Part shown: positions 40,924 through 49,145 of the stretch, in pieces | Layout: each line of letters begins with the position of its first letter | How positions within the stretch are numbered: the stretch's first letter is position 1 | Source: Actinomycetes bacterium | GTDB lineage: Bacteria > Actinomycetota > Coriobacteriia > Coriobacteriales > UBA8131 | Assembly: GCA_009787085.1 (NCBI GenBank) | Contig: WRGR01000046.1 | Location: 11,147 to 75,146, forward strand | Direction: 5' to 3' | Length of the DNA: 64,000 nucleotides | Notes under the pieces: model-generated | What the model saw: only the letters and a program-made list of their open reading frames with translations | What the model was told of the DNA's origin: nothing | Database searches by the model: none | Made by a program: the position numbers and the translations under genes

Positions 40924-41270
40924 AGGGAGCCTCCTTTTCCGTCGGGGAGGCGGCAGCGCCAGTCGTTGTTCGGGCGGCCGCAGTCGTCATGCGAGGCAGG
41001 GAGGACGGTGCCGAAGGCGTACTGGACCTGGTCGGCCTGGTCGGCCAGCAGCTCCTCGCGAGTGGCCGGGTGCGAGTTGATGGCCGGACGAGCACAGGCG
41101 GCAGCAGCCAGCAACACCATACAGACAGCGGCCAGGACGGCGATGCGCACCGCTGCGGCAACCCACCTCATTTCCCCGCCTCGTACTGCCAGGAGTAGCC
41201 CCATCTGCCCCTCGAGGACGGCGTTCTCCTCGCCGATGGCCGCGATCAGCTCGTCGATGAGGATCCTCAC
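40899..41270 (-). CDS. Hypothetical single-pass membrane protein
   Basis: The GTG start overlaps the upstream stop (GTGA). One TM helix (WVAAAVRIAVLAAVCMVLLAAAA). Confidence 0.45.
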   Translation of the reverse strand: MRILIDELIAAIGEENAVLEGQMGLLLAVRGGEMRWVAAAVRIAVLAAVCMVLLAAAACARPAINSHPATREELLADQADQVQYAFGTVLPASHDDCGRPNNDWRCRLPDGKGGSLWAMTTTT

Positions 41271-41557
41271 GGCCTGCCCCCTGCCCCCATCAGCTCCCGG
41301 GCGAGGTCGCGGTCGGCACCCGCCAGCGCCCCGAGCGTGCCCTTGATCGCCCGGGCGTCGGAGGCGACCAGGCCCCTCCAGGCCTTGAGCGCGCCCGCGA
41401 CCCCGGCGGAGAGGGCGTCGTGGGAGTCGTTGCCCGTACCTGGGGAGATGCCGCCGAAGGACGCGAGCTGAAGGCCGGTGTACTCCGCCAGCGAGCCCGT
41501 GAGCCCCTGGGCGAAGGCGTCTGCCCCGGCTTGGTTGCCTGTTATTGTTCCTGCTAT
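41267..41557 (-). CDS. Hypothetical ~96-aa Ala/Gly-rich protein with no canonical start codon (ATA sits after a strong AAGAGGAGG)
   Basis: ...TITGNQAGADAFAQGLTGSLAEYTGLQ...ALKAWRGLVASDARAIKG.... The tracked ORF extends to 41851 through AT-rich, non-protein-like sequence. Confidence 0.35.
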   Translation of the reverse strand: MAGTITGNQAGADAFAQGLTGSLAEYTGLQLASFGGISPGTGNDSHDALSAGVAGALKAWRGLVASDARAIKGTLGALAGADRDLARELMGAGGRP

Positions 41558-42030
41558 GTGCGTCCCCTCCTCTTGCGGTGCCCCTGGGGGTACCGCTCGA
41601 TGCTGCTGTGCCCTGTAAACGATGCGGTAGACTTTAGCGGATCGGCCGGGGGTTGGCAAGGACGGCGGCCATAGGCAGTTTGTGGCACTTGCATGCTCGG
41701 CCATTCTCAACCAGCTGATATGAATCCCCGGGCAGAGCTTTGGTAGTATGGCTGGCGGGGCAGCGCAGTAGTGCTTAGAAAGTGCCAATTCAAATGAGCC
41801 CGTAATTGAACTCATGAATGAGCATATAAATGGTTTTATGAAAGACCGCATCGATAACTTATAAGAAGGCTATCGAATCTAAGTTGATCGACAGTGACGC
41901 TAACAGTATATTTCCCTCCTTTCCTAGTGGTTATCCCGAAGCAATAACCCGTCTTATCGGGCAGTCTGTCACTAATCTACGCTACTTCATCGAAGCAGAA
42001 GACTACTCTCAATACGTAGGAGAAACTGCT

Positions 42031-42380
42031 GTGCCACTGAATAACCGTGAGCGGGTGGGCAAGGGCCCGGACTTTCTGGGCAAGGGGCTTTATGACATGG
42101 TCAACGAGGTGATGACCAAGAAATTCGAGACTAGCGACTGGGACAAACTGTGGGCTGCTCAGGATGCCGATAAATCAGGATCATCATTTAACTCTACGCT
42201 AAAGACATCTCGACCATCAGCCGTGAGATCCTGGAGCGCATCATCGCCACTGGCACCGCTTTGGAGATTTCCATAGAGATCCATGCCAAGAAGCCGGAGG
42301 GCTTCACTGAGGGCGAGATCCGGACCATCTCCGAGAACTCCGCAAGCCTCAATTTCGAAGATGCCGGGTTTGAGGAATAA
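42031..42380 (+). pseudogene. Remnant of a defence-island NTPase gene: a Swt1-like HEPN N-terminus fused by deletion/frameshift to the last ~62 codons (DUF499-like C-terminus, tentative)
   Basis: GTG at 42031 after GGAGA: PLNNRERVGKGPDFLGKGLYDMVNEVMTKKFETSDWDKLW.... The frame breaks near 42190. A second frame then ends ...ISIEIHAKKPEGFTEGEIRTISENSASLNFEDAGFEE*. Confidence 0.5.
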
Positions 42381-42416
42381 GAAACTGGCCGGCAGATCAG
42401 CCGGCCAGTTTCTTTG
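42381..42416. terminator. Bidirectional intrinsic terminator (13-bp perfect stem)
   Basis: GAAACTGGCCGGC-agatca-GCCGGCCAGTTTC followed by TTTG. It lies between the convergent remnant (+) and the PepSY gene (-). Confidence 0.7.
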
Positions 42417-42469
42417 CAGGAGCGGTGGAACAGGGATGGGGCGTCCACCTATGGGGCCGACCGACGGGC

Positions 42470-43177
42470 TCAGTCGTCGATGTCGTAGTCCAGGACCTTG
42501 CCGGTCTTGGCATCGATGACCAGCTCGTGGTAGCGGTAGTTATGCTTCACCGTAATCTCATACTCCCAGCGGCCGTCGTCGCGCTCCAGCTCGGTCCGGG
42601 TGACGCTGCCGCCGCCGACCGCCTTCAGGGCCACATTCTTGGCACTGGCCGTGCTGATCAGGCCGTTGGATGTGCTCGCGCCTGCCGGGGCCACGAAGCC
42701 GTCGATACCGCCACCGTCAGCCTCGACGTACATCCTGTAGGTCTTGCCGTTGTACTTCACGTAGGTCTTCCAAGCCACGTCGCCGTAGGCAAAGGTCGGT
42801 GTGTACTTGGTCACATAGCCGCCGCCGACCTTGTTAATGGCCGCCTTTTTCACGGCAGTCCTAGAGATCAGACGGTCGATGTCGTAGTCACGCAGTTTGC
42901 CAGTGTAGGCGTCGAACTCCAGCTCGTACTTCTTGTAGCCGCGCACCACGACCACGTCGTACTCCAGGCGGCCGTCGTCGTAGGCCCGCTTGATGTTGTA
43001 GACCTTGCCGCCGCCGGCCTTCTTGACGGCGATCTTCTTCATGGCCGCCGTCGAGATCATCTTGGCGCCGCTGCTGGGTGCCGCGATGGCCGGGGTAGCC
43101 GGCACCACTAGTGCGGCGGTCAGGGCCATGGCCAGTGCGCAGGTTCCGATCGTCATTCTCTTCGTCCGCTTTCTCAT
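42470..43177 (-). CDS. Secreted protein with three PepSY domains
   Basis: Signal peptide ...ALAMALTAALVVPATPAIAAP. Three repeats of ...A..A.K.VGGG.V...E.E.DDGR.EYEV......Y.E...DA.TGKV.DYDID. Confidence 0.85.
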   Translation of the reverse strand: MRKRTKRMTIGTCALAMALTAALVVPATPAIAAPSSGAKMISTAAMKKIAVKKAGGGKVYNIKRAYDDGRLEYDVVVVRGYKKYELEFDAYTGKLRDYDIDRLISRTAVKKAAINKVGGGYVTKYTPTFAYGDVAWKTYVKYNGKTYRMYVEADGGGIDGFVAPAGASTSNGLISTASAKNVALKAVGGGSVTRTELERDDGRWEYEITVKHNYRYHELVIDAKTGKVLDYDIDD

Positions 43178-43480
43178 TTCAAGCTCCTTTCATCGCTTTC
43201 ACAGTCTGCCGCTTCTCAATAATCCGTCGCTTTTTTGCGAACTGTATCTCCGTGCATATAACTCTAAAGGCCGAAGGTTAGAACAAAATGAGAGTTCGAA
43301 AAAAAATTTGTTTGATCCTCTAATGAAGCAGCCAATCAATGCGGCCACACCGGATTATCAAACATAATAACCCGTATTTTCCCTAGTCAACAGCGTAAAA
43401 GATTGCGTGGCGAGCCGGAAGCAGCTGGGGTTCGTTTAATTCGGCACTTCCCTGGCGTGGCATGATTGATCGACATCTCC

Positions 43481-45208
43481 CTAACCAAAAATGCTCCAAT
43501 AGTACCAAGGCCTATCAACATCCATTGATTCTTGCATATCCTGCTCGTCCAGCGCCGCTTGGGCACCACGACGCACTTCAACGTCGGGGGCAAGCTGTGC
43601 TAGTTGCCGTAAATACGGCTGTGCCGCTCGACCCCCCTGTTCAAGGCTGTTGATGTCCATGATGGATGTTTGGCCAGAAAGGTAACGTGAAGTGTTGTAG
43701 CCGGCCACTGCCCCATCAACATTGACCAGTGAGATAGCCAAAAAGACGGCCAGAGCCAAGGCAATAGCCGGGCGGGCGGCATTGAAGGGGCGGATACTCC
43801 AAATGCTGAGCAGGATGAAGACGGCCAGCATCAGCAACATGAAGCAACTGGTGTAGAAACGTAGCGGGCTTAAGCCATAGGCTTGCACATAGAGTAACAT
43901 CTTAGCGGCGGCAGTGACCACCAACAGACAAGTCAAGAAACAGAGCGCAGCAGAGAGGACACGCAGCGCCAGAGGGTAGCCCTGATAGCTACGGCGGGCA
44001 AAGGACCAGAGACAGGCCAGCACGATCAGGTTGATCAGCGCCACTCCGCAAAGCTCGAAAAAGCCCTGACGGCTATACTGGGCGTAGGTGAAACTGGCCG
44101 GCAGTTGACCGTTGAGTGCCGAGAACAAGTAGTTGCCCATCACCCCGAAATACAGTAGGTAGACCGCGACAAAGAGGGCAACCGGCAAGATCAAGGCCAC
44201 AGATGGCAAAGCATGGACGGCAGCAAACCCTCGCAGCAGACCGGGGCGCTCTAGTAGCGCAACGTTGTTTTGGCTTTGATTGCCCAGGACCGAGGCGAAC
44301 AAATACACTGCTATAGGCAAGCCGATCAACAAATACCAGATGTTCAGGAGCAGCTCCGAGAGGCTCAAGTGCGCAGCCAGCCAGTCCAGCAGGCCGCTAA
44401 AGCCTTCGTCAGAGGATGAGAGCAGCGCCAACACTAGGAACAAAAGGGGCAGGGCAACTAGCAGACTGACCATCACGATCAGCGCCGTGATCAGCCAACT
44501 GCGGCGAGTGCCTGGCCGCCGGGCAAAAAGCGATCCGAAGACCTTGCCAAGGTTGGCAAAAGGGACAATGACGAACTGGTTGAACCAGTCGGCGGCCAAA
44601 AGCAGGGAAAGCGGCCTAGCGATCAAGGTTTTAGTACTCCAAGCCAGCCAAAACAAACAAAGGCCGAACTCTATATTGATGTGCAGCCAAGTGACCGGCG
44701 GCAGTCCATCGACGCTGCCGTAGAGGGCAAAGGGCAGAGCGCCGAGCAATGCTGCGGCCAAGAGCAAGGTGCCACCACGGTCAAAAACTTGTTTTTTAGC
44801 CTTTAGATAGACAGCCACCGAACCCAAGGCGAACAAAAAGAAAAGGCAGGTACCAATGCCAGCGTCCATAAAATCGAGTATCTCAAACCTCCAGAACAGG
44901 TAGCCAACCACCACCGTTGCCAGCAAAAACAGCAAGTCGGCACGGCAGAAGGGCAGTGCTGGCGGTTTGTTCACGGGCAGTGTTTGGCACTGTGGTGGTT
45001 GCGCACCCCCTGATGACGGCCATTGCTGCTGCGGTGGGCACTGCTGCTGCGGTGGGCACTGCTGCTGCGGTGGGCACTGCTGCTGCGGTGGGCACTGCTG
45101 CTGCGACCCGCTATCAGGTTGTGCCTGCGGCAGTTGCCCCGCCGTCTGACCTAGCGTCCCTTCTCTGTTTTGTGGCAAGGCTTCGCCTAGCCATGAACTC
45201 TTTTCCAT
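43481..45208 (-). CDS. Polytopic membrane protein (DUF4153/DUF4173-like) with an N-terminal QQQCPP repeat
   Basis: 575 aa with more than 10 predicted TM helices. It sits downstream of the XRE/DUF2975 pair. Confidence 0.7.
   Translation of the reverse strand: MEKSSWLGEALPQNREGTLGQTAGQLPQAQPDSGSQQQCPPQQQCPPQQQCPPQQQCPPQQQWPSSGGAQPPQCQTLPVNKPPALPFCRADLLFLLATVVVGYLFWRFEILDFMDAGIGTCLFFLFALGSVAVYLKAKKQVFDRGGTLLLAAALLGALPFALYGSVDGLPPVTWLHINIEFGLCLFWLAWSTKTLIARPLSLLLAADWFNQFVIVPFANLGKVFGSLFARRPGTRRSWLITALIVMVSLLVALPLLFLVLALLSSSDEGFSGLLDWLAAHLSLSELLLNIWYLLIGLPIAVYLFASVLGNQSQNNVALLERPGLLRGFAAVHALPSVALILPVALFVAVYLLYFGVMGNYLFSALNGQLPASFTYAQYSRQGFFELCGVALINLIVLACLWSFARRSYQGYPLALRVLSAALCFLTCLLVVTAAAKMLLYVQAYGLSPLRFYTSCFMLLMLAVFILLSIWSIRPFNAARPAIALALAVFLAISLVNVDGAVAGYNTSRYLSGQTSIMDINSLEQGGRAAQPYLRQLAQLAPDVEVRRGAQAALDEQDMQESMDVDRPWYYWSIFG
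45015..45104 (-). repeat. In-frame 18-bp tandem repeat (4 perfect copies plus 1 variant) encoding QQQCPP
   Basis: ggtgggcactgctgctgc at 45033, 45051, 45069 and 45087; variant copy at 45015. Confidence 0.9.
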
Positions 45209-45238
45209 AGCTTCCTCACTTCCTTTCTAACAGTTTGC

Positions 45239-45454
45239 TTATTCTTTGCTGTCTGCTACATACTCCAACAGGTCTCCAGGCTGACACTGTAGCTCTCGAC
45301 AGAGAGCCTCCAAAGTTGAAAAGCGGATAGCTTTAGCCTTATCATTTTTCAGAATGGAGAGATTGGCAGCCGTCAAGTCGATACGCTCCGCCAATTCCCC
45401 TGAAGACATCTTGCGTTGAGCAAGCAGGACATCGATGTGGATGACGATACTCAT
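45239..45454 (-). CDS. XRE-family HTH transcriptional regulator (YozG-like, 71 aa)
   Basis: MSIVIHIDVLLAQRKMSSGELAERIDLTAANLSILKNDKAKAIRFSTLEALCRELQCQPGDLLEY. Confidence 0.9.
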   Translation of the reverse strand: MSIVIHIDVLLAQRKMSSGELAERIDLTAANLSILKNDKAKAIRFSTLEALCRELQCQPGDLLEYVADSKE

Positions 45455-45906
45455 ATCGTGTAGTCACTTTCCTCTTGAAGTGCCGTTGCGGCGGCAAAAA
45501 GGTTCTTCATCGCCCTCAGAATCACGCCGAAGAAGGCCGCCAGCACTGCCAGCGCGAAAAAGACCGGGCTCACCAAGCTGCTGGCCAGCAGCACCACGCC
45601 AGCCGCAAAGCAACACCAGCTGATAATGCGCAGCAACAAAACGTTGGATCTGGTAAACACCTGTTCCTGATGCACCGCCGCCAACAGGCGATCCAAGGCA
45701 ACCAACGCCACCAGCGCAGGTACCAAGAAGACGTAGTAGATGGGCATCAGCCAAACTGCCTGCTCTGCGGCAATGGAAACCCGGTGGCCGAAAAAGCCGT
45801 CGGCCACCAGCCACGGCAGAGCCAAGGCCAGCACTAGGGCAAGCACCGCTATCAGCCGAGTAGCGACGATAGATAAAAGCACTGAATGGTCACGGCTCCA
45901 AGCCAT
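45451..45906 (-). CDS. DUF2975-family membrane protein (start at the ATG at 45906 after AAAGGAG)
   Basis: Four TM helices, overlaps the HTH gene by 4 nt. This is the usual DUF2975 + YozG-like pairing. Confidence 0.7.
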   Translation of the reverse strand: MAWSRDHSVLLSIVATRLIAVLALVLALALPWLVADGFFGHRVSIAAEQAVWLMPIYYVFLVPALVALVALDRLLAAVHQEQVFTRSNVLLLRIISWCCFAAGVVLLASSLVSPVFFALAVLAAFFGVILRAMKNLFAAATALQEESDYTI

Positions 45907-46071
45907 ACTAACTCCTTTCAGACTACGCACCCCTGAAACGACAACGCACGACCGCTGCCGAACAATAGGAGTATTCTAGCATTATGCATATCGCTAATCA
46001 ATAGTTATTTATCGTTTATCGATATTATTTTCTTGCAGCTGAGCTAACTGCTGCAAAAAGTTCTCTCCCCC

Positions 46072-46100
46072 TGTTGCTGCACGGCGAGTTATGATACAAT
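46072..46100 (+). promoter_or_regulatory. Candidate promoter for tRNA-Ala (TTGCTG ... TGATACAAT, an extended -10)
   Basis: TACAAT at 46095-46100 preceded by TG at 46092-46093. The -35-like hexamer is TGTTGC/TTGCTG at 46072-46079. It lies about 54 nt upstream of the tRNA. Confidence 0.4.
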
Positions 46101-46153
46101 GCCAAAGCGTTCCTGAACACACTCGGATTTGATGTTCGGGGCCGACCCGATGT

Positions 46154-46229
46154 GGGGCATTAGCTCAGCTGGGAGAGCGCGTGGCTGGCAGCCATGAGGT
46201 CAGGGGTTCAAGTCCCCTATGCTCCACCA
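46154..46229 (+). tRNA. tRNA-Ala (anticodon GGC), CCA encoded
   Basis: Acceptor GGGGCAT/ATGCTCC includes the G3:U70 Ala identity pair. Anticodon loop CTGGCAG. T-arm AGGGG-TTCAAGT-CCCCT. Confidence 0.9.
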
Positions 46230-46240
46230 CACGAAACCGC

Positions 46241-46283
46241 AGGTCGTTGGCCGTTTCTATAGGTCAACGACCTGTTTTGTTTG
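46241..46283 (+). terminator. Intrinsic terminator after tRNA-Ala
   Basis: AGGTCGTTG (46241-46249) pairs with CAACGACCT (46265-46273), followed by GTTTTGTTTG. Confidence 0.6.
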
Positions 46284-46510
46284 CTGCCGCTTACTGCTCT
46301 TAATACCGCTCACCGTATCTTGGGCACTTTATGGTAACGAATTAACCCATGAGCTGTTTTTCTGCTTGCCTCTACCGTTTTTTGAACTGCCACTTCAATG
46401 CGAGAGCGCTTGCGATGCTTGACAAATGAGTCGAAGTTGAGTACACCTAGTACATGTAACTTGCTGGCATCTGGCGGGCAGGTACGAAGAAAAAGAAATG
46501 AGGTTGAACA

Positions 46511-47041
46511 ATGAAGGCAATCATCGTTTACGAAAGTGAATACGGATCGACCAAGAAATACGCGGAATGGATAGCTGCAGAGCTAGGCTGTGACAGTGTT
46601 GACTCCAAGTCGGCCGACGTCAAGGAACTAGCCAATTATCAGGCAATCATTTTGGGCAGCTGCATCCACGGCGGCACGGTTCCCGTTGTCGAACTGCTGA
46701 AGAGTTACCCGGTTCTTCTGGAAGACCGCAAAATAGCCCTCTTCGCCGTCGGTATGCCACCCTATGGCAGCGATTACCTAGCTGAGCTGCAACAGTCCAT
46801 CTCCGAGCAGGTGGGGGCAGATATCCCGCTGTTCTACATGCGCGGTGCCTTGGACTTGGCCAAGATGTCTCAGCAGCATCAAGAGATATTCAAGATGCTA
46901 GAGCAAAAATTCTCCGAGAAGCCCCTAGCCGAGCGCTCAGGCCTAGAGCAGTCGATTATCGAGGCATGCCAGAAAGACGGCCCCTCAGACTGGATGAGCA
47001 AAGAACAAATCAAACCGCTGCTGGATTGGGCTACGGCCTAA
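46511..47041 (+). CDS. Flavodoxin-domain protein (Flavodoxin_5 / HemG-like)
   Basis: MKAIIVYESEYGSTKKYAEWIAAELG...AIILGSCIHGG.... Confidence 0.8.
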   Translation: MKAIIVYESEYGSTKKYAEWIAAELGCDSVDSKSADVKELANYQAIILGSCIHGGTVPVVELLKSYPVLLEDRKIALFAVGMPPYGSDYLAELQQSISEQVGADIPLFYMRGALDLAKMSQQHQEIFKMLEQKFSEKPLAERSGLEQSIIEACQKDGPSDWMSKEQIKPLLDWATA

Positions 47042-47055
47042 CGCCAGAAACCAGC

Positions 47056-47415
47056 ATGCATGAACCGACGTTGATAGTCGAGAAGAAGTCACGCTTTTTA
47101 GCCTATTCCAAGCGTGTCACCAATGAAGGTGAGGCTATGGGCTTCATCGCCGAAATCAGTCGGGAGCATAAGAAGGCCAAACACGTGGTGTATGCCTATG
47201 TGCTGGAGAGCACCGAAAGGTGCAGCGATGCCGGCGAGCCCCGGGGCACAGCCGGGCCGGGGCTGGTGGCGGCCATCAAACGCCGAGGGCTTGTCGGCAT
47301 TGCCGTGGTAGTGGTTCGCTACTTCGGAGGCATCCTGCTAGGCAAGGGCGGCCTGCTGCGAGCCTACGGAAAAGCCGCCGGCCGGTCGTTGGACGAACTG
47401 CTCAGCAATCGGTAA
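47056..47415 (+). CDS. YigZ/IMPACT-family N-terminal-domain protein (start at the ATG at 47056)
   Basis: ...IVEKKSRFLAY...HKKAKHVVYAYV......SDAGEPRGTAGPGLV......VVVVRYFGGILLGKGGLLRAY. Confidence 0.75.
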   Translation: MHEPTLIVEKKSRFLAYSKRVTNEGEAMGFIAEISREHKKAKHVVYAYVLESTERCSDAGEPRGTAGPGLVAAIKRRGLVGIAVVVVRYFGGILLGKGGLLRAYGKAAGRSLDELLSNR

Positions 47416-47471
47416 CAGGAAAGTAGACCAATGGCTGCTCAGCAATCGGCAACAGGAAAGTAGACCAATGA
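47398..47471. repeat. 37-bp tandem duplication (35/37 matches) spanning the yigZ-like stop codon
   Basis: Unit 1 at 47398-47434 contains TAA at 47413-47415. Unit 2 at 47435-47471 has CAA at the same position. Confidence 0.9.
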
Positions 47472-47564
47472 TCAGTATTCCTTTGATAAAGTACCGACTA
47501 GCGCACAAAGCCTACTATTACAACCTTAAGCTGCAATGATCTACACTGTTGATGAGGATAAAAC

Positions 47565-48275
47565 TTGATGGATACGAATTGCTTATCACCAGAAGACAGC
47601 GAGCGGGCTGCCCGTTACGCGCAAGACCTAGTGCAAGGTTTAGCGGCACTGGAGACCTTTCAGCAAGGTGTTACGGTTTTTGGCTCGGCACGTTTTCCGG
47701 AAACTGACCTTTACTACCAAAAGGCAAGGGAGCTAGGACAAAAGCTGGCCCGTGCCGGCCATGCCGTGGTCACCGGTGGTGGTGGCGGCATCATGGAGGC
47801 TGCCAATCGCGGTGCCTTTGAGGCCGGTGGCCGCTCGATCGGCCTGAATATCAAGCTACCACAGGAGCAGTCGCCCAACTGCTACACCACCGACAGCTTG
47901 GAGTTCAACTACTTCTTTGCCCGCAAGGTGATGCTGGCCTTCTCCTCCAAGGTGTACGTCTATTTCCCGGGCGGCTTTGGTACACTTGATGAGTTCTCCG
48001 AGATCCTGACGTTGATGGAAACCCAGAAGATCCTGCCAGCGCCGATCATTCTTTTCGGAGCCGCTTTCTGGCAGCCTTTGGATGACTTCTTCTACACCAA
48101 GATGCAGCTGGAAACGCAAGCGGTCAGCCCCGATGACCGTGACCTCTATACGATAACCGACGACGTGGAGTTCATCGTCCGAGTGGCCGATGCCATCTTG
48201 CCCTGCCGGGTAGACGAGGCCATCAAACAAGCCGACACCGTGCGACCCCCGACCGCAGGCGGCCACATGCTCTGA
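47565..48275 (+). CDS. LOG-family / TIGR00730 protein (putative nucleotide 5'-monophosphate nucleosidase)
   Basis: ...VTVFGSAR...VVTGGGGGIMEAANRGA...PGGFGTLDEFSE.... Confidence 0.85.
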   Translation: MMDTNCLSPEDSERAARYAQDLVQGLAALETFQQGVTVFGSARFPETDLYYQKARELGQKLARAGHAVVTGGGGGIMEAANRGAFEAGGRSIGLNIKLPQEQSPNCYTTDSLEFNYFFARKVMLAFSSKVYVYFPGGFGTLDEFSEILTLMETQKILPAPIILFGAAFWQPLDDFFYTKMQLETQAVSPDDRDLYTITDDVEFIVRVADAILPCRVDEAIKQADTVRPPTAGGHML

Positions 48276-48451
48276 TGGCCACGGGCTATTGGCGCACGGT
48301 GATGTTAATCAGCCGCCGTTATGATGGTAAGATGGCAGCAACATGACCGCCGCGCTAAAAGAACGGGAGGCCGACTTAGGGCAGCAGATACGTGATGGAC
48401 ACGAACGCCTTCATCTATTACGCAGCTACATCCAAGAGAGAGGTAGGAACT

Positions 48452-48922
48452 ATGCGTTATCATGCAACAATCAAGGATATTCCGGAATACACGGTGTGTG
48501 CTTACCGAACTGTTTTACCGACCTATGCGACCCTGATGGATCTGATGCCCGAGCTAGGCAAAAAGCTCACCCGGCTGTACCCGAAACTGAAGTGCGCCGA
48601 ACCGGAGTACTGCTTCAACGTCTACTCGACGCTGGAGTATCAGGATCACGATATCGAAGTCGAGATCTGCGCAGCCGTCACTCAGGCCTTTCCGGACAAA
48701 GACGGCATCACCTTCAAGAAGATGCCCGCCGTGAGGGCGCTCTCCGTGCTGCACAGAGGTTCCTACTCCCGGCTGAACGAGGCTTATTCCTACGCAGGCA
48801 CTTGGCTGGACAAAAACGGCTATGAGCTGAATGGTGAGCCGCGTGAGAGCTACATCGACGGTATTTGGAACAAGGACAATGAGGATGACTGGCTAACAGA
48901 AGTCCAGCTGCCGATAAGCTAG
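48452..48922 (+). CDS. GyrI-like small-molecule-binding domain protein (start at the ATG at 48452; the tracked ORF starts at 48392)
   Basis: ...IKDIPEYTVCAYR...AVRALSVLHRGSYSRLNEAYSYAGTWLDKNGYELNGEPRESYIDG.... Confidence 0.7.
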   Translation: MRYHATIKDIPEYTVCAYRTVLPTYATLMDLMPELGKKLTRLYPKLKCAEPEYCFNVYSTLEYQDHDIEVEICAAVTQAFPDKDGITFKKMPAVRALSVLHRGSYSRLNEAYSYAGTWLDKNGYELNGEPRESYIDGIWNKDNEDDWLTEVQLPIS

Positions 48923-49117
48923 GGAAGCACCGGTTAACTCACAATTCCGTCCCACACGACCCCTGATCAGCAATCCTTCACTTTGCTGACCAGGGGAAGG
49001 ATTGCCGCCTTGATCCGGCAATGGCTGGCTCAAAGAGCTCGAAGACGGCCATCTCGGGGGAAGGATTGCCGCCATGAGCCGGCGATAACTGGGGCTAAAC
49101 GTTAAATCGGCGCTTCC
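48919..49117. repeat. Copy of the palindromic intergenic repeat family; its first ~50 nt match 19892-19945, and it contains an internal direct repeat GGGGAAGGATTGCCGCC (48993-49009 / 49047-49063)
   Basis: The core CCGGTTAACTCRCAATTCCGTCCCACACGACCCC is shared with one mismatch. A 10-bp perfect hairpin pairs GCAATCCTTC (48970-48979) with GAAGGATTGC (48996-49005). Confidence 0.7.
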
Positions 49118-49134
49118 GTATGGAAGCGCCGATT
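49105..49134. terminator. 13-bp perfect hairpin between convergent genes (bidirectional terminator candidate, built from the repeat-family core)
   Basis: AATCGGCGCTTCC-gtat-GGAAGCGCCGATT. Flanking T-tracts are weak. Confidence 0.55.
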
Positions 49135-49145
49135 GGTTTACCCCG

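Noticed and set aside
41558-41851. The N-terminal 98 codons of tracked ORF 41267..41851.
   Set aside because: The translation (MRSFIKPFICSFMSS...HYCAAPP...) is not protein-like. The segment crosses a sharp GC drop, and a strong SD sits at 41563-41573. The upstream ATG is therefore probably fortuitous.
46419-46447. TTGACA (46419-46424) with TACACC 17 nt downstream as the flavodoxin-gene promoter.
   Set aside because: The -10 hexamer is poor, so I am not confident enough to list it as a feature.
48919-48960. Reading GGGAAGC...CGTCC in the shared element as an ECF-sigma promoter (GGAAC-N16-17-CGTC).
   Set aside because: I counted a 20-nt spacer, which is too long. At this site the downstream DNA is the 3' end of a convergent gene.
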